DNA of 54,732 nucleotides, from NCBI GenBank assembly GCA_022792755.1, contig JAAWBP010000082.1:1-54732 (forward strand), in the 5' to 3' direction. The notes under the pieces are model-generated. The model did not search any database. It was not told the DNA's origin and saw nothing but the letters and a program-made list of their open reading frames with translations. This document shows, piece by piece, positions 19,274 to 27,122 of the stretch. The translations under genes and the position numbers were made by a program. How positions within the stretch are numbered: the stretch's first letter is position 1; each line of letters begins with the position of its first letter. Source of the stretch: Oscillospiraceae bacterium. GTDB lineage: Bacteria > Bacillota > Clostridia > Oscillospirales > Ruminococcaceae.

Positions 19274-19693
19274 TCAGAAGCCCAGCTCATCCATCGCCTG
19301 TGCAATCGCGTCGGAGTTCAGGTCACCGCAGGCAGCTTCCCACCTGTTCCTATTCCAGATTTCTGCGCGGTTGGAGGCGCCGATGACCAGGATATCCTTT
19401 TCCAGCCCTGCAAACTCCCTCAAATTCGCTGGGATTAGGATTCTCCCCTGTTTATCCGGTTCCACCTCGCAGGCGCCGGAAAATAGATAGCGCTGGATCG
19501 TGCGGGCTTTAGAGAGGGGCAACTCCTTTATTTTCTGTTCAAGCCGCTCCCATTCCTCCAGTGAGTAGACAAAAAGGCAGTCATCGAGCCCTTTGGTTAC
19601 AATGAAGCGCTGGCCCAAATCCTCTCGGAGCTTTGCCGGGAAATTCAGCCTGCCTTTTGCGTCAATATTATGCGCGTATTCGCCAATCAGCAT
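19274..19693 (-). CDS. mraZ: Transcriptional regulator MraZ
   Basis: 139 aa. MLIGEYAHNIDAKGRLNFPAKLREDLG and a second SpoVT/AbrB-like repeat (DKQGRILIPANLREFAGL). Confidence 0.95.
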   Translation of the reverse strand: MLIGEYAHNIDAKGRLNFPAKLREDLGQRFIVTKGLDDCLFVYSLEEWERLEQKIKELPLSKARTIQRYLFSGACEVEPDKQGRILIPANLREFAGLEKDILVIGASNRAEIWNRNRWEAACGDLNSDAIAQAMDELGF

Positions 19694-19720
19694 CCCGGCA
19701 CCTCCTTTTTAAGGATTTTT

Positions 19721-19750
19721 AAACCACTTTTAACCACTCTTCACCACTTT
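19721..19750 (-). promoter_or_regulatory. Candidate MraZ operator: three direct 7-mers with 10-bp phasing
   Basis: The minus strand reads AAAGTGG-TGA-AGAGTGG-TTA-AAAGTGG-TTT. The 7-mers lie at 19750..19744, 19740..19734 and 19730..19724. They sit between the -10 box and the GGAGG RBS (19705..19701). Confidence 0.6.
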
Positions 19751-19757
19751 ATTACCC

Positions 19758-19786
19758 ATTATATACGATGCCATTTTAAATTTCAA
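19758..19786 (-). promoter_or_regulatory. Sigma-A promoter of the dcw (mraZ) operon
   Basis: The minus strand reads TTGAAA (19786..19781), exactly 17 nt, then TATAAT (19763..19758). Confidence 0.7.
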
Positions 19787-19905
19787 TCGTTTTTTTGAAT
19801 TCTTCGCGGTTTCGATCTAGAAAATTTTGGAAAATCTGTTAAAATACGTAACAAAAGTAAATGCAGGATGCTTTCCAAAAAAGCAATAGAAACGGCCGAA
19901 TTATC

Positions 19906-19942
19906 ATAAAAAAAGCCAGCGCATTTAAGCGCTGGCTTTTTG
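19906..19942 (-). terminator. Rho-independent terminator after the sugar-phosphate isomerase-like gene
   Basis: AGCCAGCGC-ATTTAA-GCGCTGGCT forms a 9-bp stem flanked by an A-run and a T-run. A T-run follows the stem on both strands. Confidence 0.8.
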
Positions 19943-20019
19943 CTGCATTCGATTGGTTTTCACCAAATAATAGGAGCCGGCCGTTTTTGTTGCCCTCCAT
20001 CAATTTAATTTTTGGTCGA

Positions 20020-20757
20020 TCAAACATCCCACTCCTTCAGCTTTTCGATGTTTAACGATGCGACCGTAAGTCCGTCCGGGTTCGGTGTGTCGTCCTCCAC
20101 CAGAATATGCGGTATACCGACCCGCCGCGCACAGGAAACGATCCCCTTGATATCGAGGACGCCCTGACCGAAGGGACAGGAGTGGCCTTTCCCGTCGCCA
20201 TCCTTGATATGGATGTTTTTGATCTTAGAAGCGTTCTCCTCCATAAAGCGGATGATATCCACGCCGGAATCGAGCGCCCAATAAGTGTCAAGCTCCAGAT
20301 AAAAATTCTCTGTTTCAAAGGCTTTGAGAAGGGTGCAAATCGGCAGTTCGCCGTCCACTTCCACAAACTCGGGCGCGTGGTTGTGATAAAGGAAGTTGAG
20401 TCCCGCCTCGGTTGCCCGTCTGACCAGCGGGCGGAGCTGTTCGATAGTGTCCGCAAGCGCTTCCTTCGTCGAAACCTCCGCCACACAGGATGCAATATTG
20501 GCAAGCCCAATCTCTTTCGCATAGGAAATGATCCCGTCCAGGTTGGCGGCGATATCCGGGATCATCATCTGCGAGGACACCGGCTCCAGGCCGTCCCGCT
20601 CGAGTTCGCGCCGCAGCTCTTCAGCTGTCAGCCCGTAATAGCCGGTAAATTCCACCGCGGTATAGCCGAGTTCCGAAGCTTTTTTAAGCATCCCGCGGAA
20701 GTCCTTTTCGCATTCTTCATGTACCGTCCAAAGCTGCAATGCATAATTGTGTTCCAT
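20020..20757 (-). CDS. Sugar phosphate isomerase/epimerase (xylose isomerase-like TIM barrel)
   Basis: ORF 20020..20793. The pattern ALQLWTV..ELGYTAVEF..NFLYHNHAPEF..YLELDTYW..IHIKD is typical of the AP-endonuclease-2/xylose-isomerase-like barrel. The start is ambiguous between 20793, 20763 and 20757. I chose 20757 because it lies 7 nt after GGGGGA. Confidence 0.8.
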   Translation of the reverse strand: MEHNYALQLWTVHEECEKDFRGMLKKASELGYTAVEFTGYYGLTAEELRRELERDGLEPVSSQMMIPDIAANLDGIISYAKEIGLANIASCVAEVSTKEALADTIEQLRPLVRRATEAGLNFLYHNHAPEFVEVDGELPICTLLKAFETENFYLELDTYWALDSGVDIIRFMEENASKIKNIHIKDGDGKGHSCPFGQGVLDIKGIVSCARRVGIPHILVEDDTPNPDGLTVASLNIEKLKEWDV

Positions 20758-21043
20758 ATTCATTTCCCCCGACGTTTGATTTCTCCTTATCATACCTCTT
20801 TTTCACTCATTTTGCAATGAAGTATTTTTCGATTAAAATGAAAGCGGACTACACAACGAGACGACGACTCCTTAGTAAAGTCCCCTTGTTCCCTTTTGGA
20901 GTAGCTGTAATAAATCGACAATCCAAAAAATATCCTATTGATAGAATCGTGATTCAAAATCTCCCGCTTTTCAGAGGCAGAGCAGTTTTGTCCTTACCGA
21001 GATTCGCTCTTTCCATAAAAACAAAAGATTCGCAGGAGGGCTT

Positions 21044-22096
21044 ATGTCCATCTCGTTCGACGCGTTTTTATCCCAGCTGTCCTCTAGTCCAGCCCTTGCC
21101 GTCACCGTTTTGCTGACGCTGAGCGTGATTATGGTCAACGGATGGACCGACGCTCCCAACGCGATTGCCACCTGTGTTTCTACTAGGAGCATGGGAGTTT
21201 TCCCCGCGATCATCATGGCGGCGGTTATGAACTTTATCGGTGTGTTTGCAATGACCGCACTCAATGCGACAGTTGCAGAGACCATCTATCATATGGTCGA
21301 TTTCAAAGGGGAAAGCCATCAATCCCTGGTCGCGCTCTGTGCCGCAATGTCCGCCATCGTCGTCTGGGCCGTCGCAGCCTGGTATTTCGGGATCCCCACC
21401 AGCGAAAGCCACGCGCTGATCGCCGGACTGTCCGGGGCGGCGGTTGCCCTTCAAAACGGCTGGGAAGGGATCAACGCCGGCGAATGGGTAAAAGTGATTT
21501 ATGGCCTGGCCCTCTCCACCCTCCTCGGATTCGGCTTAGGGTGGCTTTCTACCAAATTGACGGAAACTGTCTTCCGCCAGGCAGACCGTCGGAAAACCAG
21601 CCCGTTCTTTCGCTGGGCACAGATCATAGGCGGCGGGGCTATGGCCTTCATGCACGGCGCGCAGGATGGGCAGAAATTCATGGGGATTTTTCTACTCGGC
21701 GTCTTTTTAGCGCAGGGAAATGCAGAAGTCTCGAATTTCGTCATCCCTGTCTGGCTGATGATCCTTTGCAGTGCCATCATGGCTTTGGGCACCAGCATCG
21801 GCGGATGCCGCATCATCAAGTCGGTGGGGATGGATCTCGTCAAACTAGACAAACACCAAGGGTTTTCCGCCGACCTGGCAGGCGCCGCCTGTCTGCTGAT
21901 CGCATCCTGCTCGGGCCTGCCCGTCAGCACGACCCACACGAAAACCACGGCAATTATGGGGGTCGGCGCGGCAAGACGGCTGGGCAGTGTCAACTGGGGG
22001 ATCGTCCGTGAAATGATGCTGGCCTGGATTTTTACCTTTCCGGGCTGCGGGGCGATCGGCTATCTGATGTCCAAACTCTTTATCGCCATCTTTTAG
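21044..22096 (+). CDS. pit: Inorganic phosphate transporter, PiT family
   Basis: A 350-aa polytopic protein. It contains NGWTDAPNAIATCVSTR and a second PHO4 repeat (PVSTTHTKTTAIMGVG). Confidence 0.92.
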   Translation: MSISFDAFLSQLSSSPALAVTVLLTLSVIMVNGWTDAPNAIATCVSTRSMGVFPAIIMAAVMNFIGVFAMTALNATVAETIYHMVDFKGESHQSLVALCAAMSAIVVWAVAAWYFGIPTSESHALIAGLSGAAVALQNGWEGINAGEWVKVIYGLALSTLLGFGLGWLSTKLTETVFRQADRRKTSPFFRWAQIIGGGAMAFMHGAQDGQKFMGIFLLGVFLAQGNAEVSNFVIPVWLMILCSAIMALGTSIGGCRIIKSVGMDLVKLDKHQGFSADLAGAACLLIASCSGLPVSTTHTKTTAIMGVGAARRLGSVNWGIVREMMLAWIFTFPGCGAIGYLMSKLFIAIF

Positions 22097-22107
22097 GAGG
22101 AAACGAA

Positions 22108-22728
22108 ATGGGGAGGCGGCAGCACAATTATTTCGAAATGCTCAAAGGGCTGGCGGATGATTCAGTAACAGCCGCACGGATGTTACAAGATATCCTGCGG
22201 CATTACAATGTTCAGAAACTGCCCGGATGGATCGGCCGCATGCACGAAATCGAGCATGCGGCCGACCAGGCAAAGCACGATATGACAAACCTTTTAGCTA
22301 AAGAATTTCTCCCCCCCATCGACCGGGGAGACATTATCCTACTGAGCCAGGAAATCGACGATATCACCGACTCGGTTGAGGACGTATTGCTTCGGCTGTA
22401 CATGTTCAACATCCAGATTATACGCCCCGACGCCCTCCGCTTCGCGGAATTGATTCTCTCCTGCTGCAGTGGATTTGCAGGTTTGATGGATGAATTTGAA
22501 AACTATAAAAAAAGCACCGCCATCCGCAAAATAGTTGCCGAGGTCAACCGGCTGGAAAGTGACGGGGTAAATCTTTACACAAATGCAATCCGGAAGCTGT
22601 ACACCTCCTCCTATTCACCGACCGAAATCTATGCCTGGACAGTGGTTTTCGACCATATGCAGCAGTGCTGTGACGCCTGTGAGCAAGCCAGCGAAAGCGT
22701 TGAGACAATCATCATGAAAAACAGCTGA
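22108..22728 (+). CDS. DUF47 (PhoU-like) phosphate-transport accessory protein
   Basis: A 206-aa helical protein (HEIEHAADQAKHDMTNLLAKEFLPPIDRGDII..) starting 11 nt after pit, with an AGGAGG RBS. Confidence 0.85.
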   Translation: MGRRQHNYFEMLKGLADDSVTAARMLQDILRHYNVQKLPGWIGRMHEIEHAADQAKHDMTNLLAKEFLPPIDRGDIILLSQEIDDITDSVEDVLLRLYMFNIQIIRPDALRFAELILSCCSGFAGLMDEFENYKKSTAIRKIVAEVNRLESDGVNLYTNAIRKLYTSSYSPTEIYAWTVVFDHMQQCCDACEQASESVETIIMKNS

Positions 22729-22766
22729 GGAACGCTCCTACAGAGCCAGAAAAAGGAGAGTGCACG

Positions 22767-23681
22767 ATGTTGTACCGAATCCGTTCCGGGGTTCTCCAGC
22801 TCTGCGGAAAAGAGGAACGGTACAACCGCCAGGACTGCTATATTGCGGTCAGCCGCAGAGACGAAGAAGCCGACCTGATGGCCGGAAGCGCCGCCCGGGC
22901 CGTATTGACGGAAATACTGGACGACCATTCGATCCGCTTTGAAAGCAGGGAAGGGATCGCCTTGCTCTGTTTTGCCTGCCTGGGATTTACCGGCCGTCGG
23001 CTTTTATTGAAGCAGATCCACATCGTTTTTGGGAGGGGCTGGATGCAGCTGATCTGCGAGGACAACGAGGCGGCGCTGACGCTGATCGATTCTTTAATGG
23101 GGGAGCAAAACGGCAGATGGACATCCGGCCGTTTTTTGTACCGCCTGTTCGAGCTGCTTTTAAGCGACGGAAGCACGGCCTACCTCAAGCATCTGGAAAA
23201 ACGGGCTGCCAAAGCGGAAAAAGGCATCCGAAAAGGGAGAAGATGCAGAGCCTCCGCACGGGAAATTTTTTATCTGCGGCGGCGTTTGATCGAGCTTCGG
23301 CAGATCTTCGAGGAAACTCTGGCGATTCTGCGCGGCCTGTCCGAATGCGGTCTGCTGGACGAACCTTCGGTCAAATACGTCGAGAGCTACACCGGCAAAA
23401 CCGAACGCCTGTTTCACCGAATCAGATTTTTGGAAGAATATACCGCGGAGCTCCGGGAAAGCTGCCGGATGCAGGAAAAGGTCACGCGGAACGCCGTTCT
23501 GAAGCTTTTTACGGTCACCATATCCGCATTGCTTCCACTGGTTCTGGTCATAGCCTGGTGCGATGTGGAGATCGAGCTCCCGAGCTATTTCAAGGGGTTA
23601 GAGGCTCCGGCAGCGGCGGCGGCTGGTGTTCTCATCATCTTAATCGAGCTGCTGTACTTTAAAGGGAACAGGCGGCTTTAA
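22767..23681 (+). CDS. CorA-like protein lacking the GMN pore motif
   Basis: 304 aa. It has a soluble N-domain, long helices and two C-terminal TM helices (FTVTISALLPLVLVIAW, AAAAAGVLIILIELLYF) with a basic tail KGNRRL, as in CorA. The loop after TM1 reads WCDVE instead of YGMNF. AAGGAGAG RBS. Confidence 0.65.
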   Translation: MLYRIRSGVLQLCGKEERYNRQDCYIAVSRRDEEADLMAGSAARAVLTEILDDHSIRFESREGIALLCFACLGFTGRRLLLKQIHIVFGRGWMQLICEDNEAALTLIDSLMGEQNGRWTSGRFLYRLFELLLSDGSTAYLKHLEKRAAKAEKGIRKGRRCRASAREIFYLRRRLIELRQIFEETLAILRGLSECGLLDEPSVKYVESYTGKTERLFHRIRFLEEYTAELRESCRMQEKVTRNAVLKLFTVTISALLPLVLVIAWCDVEIELPSYFKGLEAPAAAAAGVLIILIELLYFKGNRRL

Positions 23682-23690
23682 GCCAGGGAC

Positions 23691-23728
23691 AAAAAAAGGG
23701 GCGGGCCCAACTGAGCCCGCCCCTTTTT
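23691..23728. terminator. Bidirectional rho-independent terminator (pit operon / nhaC)
   Basis: An A7 run, then GGGGCGGGC-CCAACTGA-GCCCGCCCC, then a T5 run. Confidence 0.9.
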
Positions 23729-23752
23729 AATCTGCAAATAGCTGGTTCGATT

Positions 23753-25264
23753 TTACGATTGCTCCGCCGTTTTAGGCTTTTTGGAACGATAGTAGAAGAA
23801 CAGCAGTGCGGCAATCAGCAAAACTGCGCCCACCCCCAGCGCCAGCCAGCCGTTTTGGGTGAATCCGGCGATGATATAGCCGATCAAGCAGAAGCTCGCC
23901 ACCAAAAGCGCGTATGGAAGCTGGGTGGAAACATGTTCGATGTGGTTGCAGTTCGCACCGGTAGAGGCCAGAATGGTGGTGTCCGAAATCGGCGAGATAT
24001 GGTCGCCGCAGACAGCGCCCGCCAGAATAGAAGAAACCGTGATGATCAGAAGCTGGCTTTCCACCCCGCCGAAAATCGCAATGGCGATCGGGATCAGGAT
24101 TCCAAAGGTCCCCCAGGAAGTCCCGGTTGCAAAGGCGAGTCCAAGGGCAATCAGGAAAAAGGCGGCCGGAAGGATGGCGGTTGCCAAAGCGGTCTCCTGG
24201 ACAAAGTTGCTAACGAACCCACCCGCGTTCAGGTAATTTTCACCGCAGACACCGCTCAGTGTCCAGGCGAAGGTCAAAATCAAGATCGCGGGAACCATCG
24301 CCTTAAAGCCCTCTGTAAAGCTTTCCGCAAACTCTTTGAAGGTGATGATCTTACGCGGGATATAGAGGAAGAAGATCACAAGGATGGTAAAGAACGAGCC
24401 GAAGACCAGCGAAAGGGAGGAATCGCAGTTAGCGAACGCCTCGATGATGTTTGCCCCTTCCAGGATGCCGCCGGTGTAGAGCATCGCCGCAATGCAGAGC
24501 ACAATCAAAGCGGCGATCGGGATCACCAGGTCGAACACCCTGCCCCGCCGCGGCTTTTCGTCCGCGGCTGTTTCGACCCTCGAAGCGATGAATTCATCGT
24601 CCCCCTGATGGGTCTCATTGTAGCGTTTCATCGCCCCGAAATCGAAGTTGAAGATAATCAGGAAGACCACCATCAGGATGGTGAGCAGTGCATAAAGGTT
24701 AAACGGTATCGTCTGGAGGAAGAGGCCGAAGCCGTCGATGCTGCTCCCCTCCGGCAGGCTGGAGCCGACAGCGGCCGCCCAGCTGGAGATCGGCGCGATG
24801 ATGCAGATCGGCGCCGCAGTGGCATCGATGATATAAGCGAGCTTTGCACGGGAAATCCGGTGGCGGTCGGTCACCGGCCCCATGACCGTTCCGACGGTCA
24901 GGCAGTTGAAATAGTCATCTACAAAGATCAGCGCGCCCAGCCCCGAAGTGGCTGCAAGGGCACCCGTGCGGCTTTTAATACTCCGCGAAGCCCAGTTCCC
25001 ATAAGCGCGGGAAGCCCCCGACTTGCTCATGAGGGCGACAATCATCCCCAGAAGAACCAAGAATATGATGATGTTGGTGTTTCCGCCCACCTTTTCGCTC
25101 ATAATCGTAAAGGTGGTTTCCAGAGCGTCCAGCGGCTGGAAATTGGTGAAGAACAGCGCGCCGGACAGGATGCCGATCAGCAGCGAAACATAAACTTCTT
25201 TGGTGATCAGCGCGAGGACGATTGCGATGATTGCGGGCACTAAGGCCCATATGGTTTCCTGCAT
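23753..25264 (-). CDS. nhaC: Na+/H+ antiporter NhaC family protein
   Basis: A 503-aa polytopic protein. The sequence MQETIWALVPAIIAIVLALITKEVYVSLLIGILSGALF.. matches the N-terminus and overall pattern of the NhaC family. Confidence 0.88.
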   Translation of the reverse strand: MQETIWALVPAIIAIVLALITKEVYVSLLIGILSGALFFTNFQPLDALETTFTIMSEKVGGNTNIIIFLVLLGMIVALMSKSGASRAYGNWASRSIKSRTGALAATSGLGALIFVDDYFNCLTVGTVMGPVTDRHRISRAKLAYIIDATAAPICIIAPISSWAAAVGSSLPEGSSIDGFGLFLQTIPFNLYALLTILMVVFLIIFNFDFGAMKRYNETHQGDDEFIASRVETAADEKPRRGRVFDLVIPIAALIVLCIAAMLYTGGILEGANIIEAFANCDSSLSLVFGSFFTILVIFFLYIPRKIITFKEFAESFTEGFKAMVPAILILTFAWTLSGVCGENYLNAGGFVSNFVQETALATAILPAAFFLIALGLAFATGTSWGTFGILIPIAIAIFGGVESQLLIITVSSILAGAVCGDHISPISDTTILASTGANCNHIEHVSTQLPYALLVASFCLIGYIIAGFTQNGWLALGVGAVLLIAALLFFYYRSKKPKTAEQS

Positions 25265-25413
25265 GTGTTTCCCCTTCCCTTTCGTTTTTGCCGTCGAACC
25301 GATCCCCGGCCGTCAAAGGCAGAGACAAGCCTTCAGAAGCAGCGCCAGCTCATTTTTTCCGAAACGCTGAGCATATCTGTCTTGACCAGCCAGAGAGATC
25401 ATACGACAGGCAT

Positions 25414-25896
25414 TTATTTTTGCACCGCTTCCCCGACGGCCTTGCCGGCCAGCCGGTAGGTGGTCCATTCATCCATTGAAATTGCGCCCATCCGCCGGTA
25501 AAATTCGATCGACGGAGTGTTCCAGTCCAGACAGGTCCACTCCATTCGCTGGCAGCCCCGACGCTCCGCCTCAGCGGCCACTGCCTGAAACAGCGCTTTT
25601 CCGATTCCGAGGCCGCGCTTGTCCGGATCGACAAAAAGATCCTCTAAATAAAGCCCCGTGCGCCCGATAAAAGTGGAAAAATTCTCGAAAAAGAGTGCGA
25701 AGCCCACCGCCTGCCCATCATACTCCGCCAAAAAAACCTGGGCCGCTCCCCTGTCGAACACAAACTCTTCCAGCGTTTCCACGGTGGCCACTACCTGGTC
25801 GGACATCTTTTCGTAATCCGCTATCTTTTTGATAAAGGAAAAGACAAGGGCTGCATCCTCTTTCTGCGCAATCCGGATATTGAGACGAGAACTCAC
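25414..25896 (-). CDS. GNAT family N-acetyltransferase
   Basis: ORF 25414..25989 trimmed to GTG at 25896, which lies 6 nt after GGAGGA. It contains IRIAQKEDAALVFSFIKKIADYEKM and the acetyl-CoA motif RGLGIGKALF. Confidence 0.8.
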   Translation of the reverse strand: MSSRLNIRIAQKEDAALVFSFIKKIADYEKMSDQVVATVETLEEFVFDRGAAQVFLAEYDGQAVGFALFFENFSTFIGRTGLYLEDLFVDPDKRGLGIGKALFQAVAAEAERRGCQRMEWTCLDWNTPSIEFYRRMGAISMDEWTTYRLAGKAVGEAVQK

Positions 25897-26335
25897 AAAA
25901 GCTCCTCCTGTTTCTGATGATGTCATCGGCGGGCAAAATACAGCGTTCCGGCTCAGAGCCGCCGCATCTAAGCAGGATATTTTATACAATTAATAGAATA
26001 GCAGAAAATTCTTCATAATTCAACAAAAAATACAAAGCCTGTTAGAATCGCCAAAAACCTTCCTTCTCTTTTGTGGAAGATCGCAAAATCCAGCCGTAAA
26101 TCCACCCTTTCCAATTAACGGATAAATCTCACAATAAAGGGAACAGCCTGTAGCAAACCGCTGATGGAACGACAAGGCCGAGCAAAATAAAACATGGAGT
26201 ATCCGCTTGACAAACCAAACTATTTTCTCAATCCATTTCCAAAATGTTTCCGGTCTGTCACAGAATTGCCCTTGTTTTTCGACCCGGGCCGTGTTATGCT
26301 GAAAAAATGAAATGATCACAAGGGAGGATTTCTCA

Positions 26336-27109
26336 ATGCCATTTATGGAACGGTTTTCACTCAAAGGAAAAAACATCCTGATCACCGGGGGAAGCCGCGG
26401 GATCGGCCGAGTGGTCGCCGGATGCCTGGCCGACGCCGGGGCGAATATCGGGATTCTCGGGACGAGTACAGAAACCGCCCAAAAGGCGGCGGCGGAAATT
26501 GCGAAAGAGCACGGCGTCCGCGCCCGTGGATATGGAGGCGATATTTCAAATCCCGAAGATGTGGAAGCCTCCGTTTCGGAATTTGTCAAAGATTTCGGAC
26601 AGATCGATGTGCTGTTCAACAACGCTGGCATCTGCCAGCACAAGCCGGTCATGGAACTCACCTACGACGAGTGGCTGAAGGTCATCGACGTCAATGTCAA
26701 CGGCACCTTTCTGATGGCGCATGCTGCTGCGAAATATATGATTCGGGACGGCGTGAAAGGGTCTATCATCAACACGGCTTCCATCTCCGGCTCGATCGTC
26801 AACCTGCCGCAGCCGCAGGCCGCCTACAACACCTCCAAAGCGGGGGTCGTCCACCTGACGAAGGTGCTCGCCGTGGAATTGTGCGGCTATGGAATCCGGG
26901 TAAATTCCATCAGCCCGGGATATACTATGACCGAAATGATTTCGAGCGTAGACCCCTCTTGGATCGCTTACTGGAAAAACGCCGTGCCGATGCACCGGTT
27001 AGCATCCCCGGAAGAACTGGCGGGCGCCGTCGTCTATCTTGCAAGCGCAGCCTCCAGCTATACCACCGGAGCAGACCTGATTATAGATGGAGGGTTTACC
27101 TGCCTATAA
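26336..27109 (+). CDS. SDR family oxidoreductase
   Basis: ORF 26312..27109 trimmed to the ATG at 26336 (AGGGAGGA RBS). Motifs are TGGSRGIG, NNAG and YNTSK. Confidence 0.9.
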   Translation: MPFMERFSLKGKNILITGGSRGIGRVVAGCLADAGANIGILGTSTETAQKAAAEIAKEHGVRARGYGGDISNPEDVEASVSEFVKDFGQIDVLFNNAGICQHKPVMELTYDEWLKVIDVNVNGTFLMAHAAAKYMIRDGVKGSIINTASISGSIVNLPQPQAAYNTSKAGVVHLTKVLAVELCGYGIRVNSISPGYTMTEMISSVDPSWIAYWKNAVPMHRLASPEELAGAVVYLASAASSYTTGADLIIDGGFTCL

Positions 27110-27122
27110 AAAGGAGGATACC

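Noticed and set aside
19914-19937. The terminator stem at 19914..19937 shares the arm AAAAAGCCAGCG(C)...CGCTGGCTTTT with the terminator at 36842..36867. I considered a REP-like repeat family.
   Set aside because: There are only two copies. Identity is limited to a stem of about 12 nt plus the A/T runs that any intrinsic terminator needs. The loops differ and there is no flanking similarity.
23759-25243. Very long ORFs antisense to recognised genes. This one is 494 aa opposite nhaC. Others are 1750..2703, 5696..6400, 13546..14733, 31203..32471, 37889..38938, 38463..39710, 40003..40935, 41348..42394, 44504..45712, 45826..46596, 48839..49471 and 49225..50037.
   Set aside because: Each lies opposite a gene with unmistakable family motifs. 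Each has R/G/P/D-rich low-complexity composition typical of shadow frames in GC-rich coding DNA, and none has a convincing RBS.
25294-25300. GGTTCGA (minus strand) in the nhaC leader, reminiscent of a tRNA T-loop. More generally I considered a riboswitch in the 149-nt GNAT-nhaC spacer.
   Set aside because: No acceptor, D or anticodon stems can be drawn around it. I could not match the spacer to any riboswitch consensus I know (lysine, SAM, T-box). It stays unassigned rather than called.
26020-26661. 213-aa minus-strand ORF spanning the GNAT/SDR intergenic region and the 5' part of the SDR gene.
   Set aside because: It overlaps the well-supported SDR gene (TGGSRGIG motif) on the other strand and has no recognisable motifs. 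The region 25897..26335 is better explained as two divergent promoter/UTR regions.
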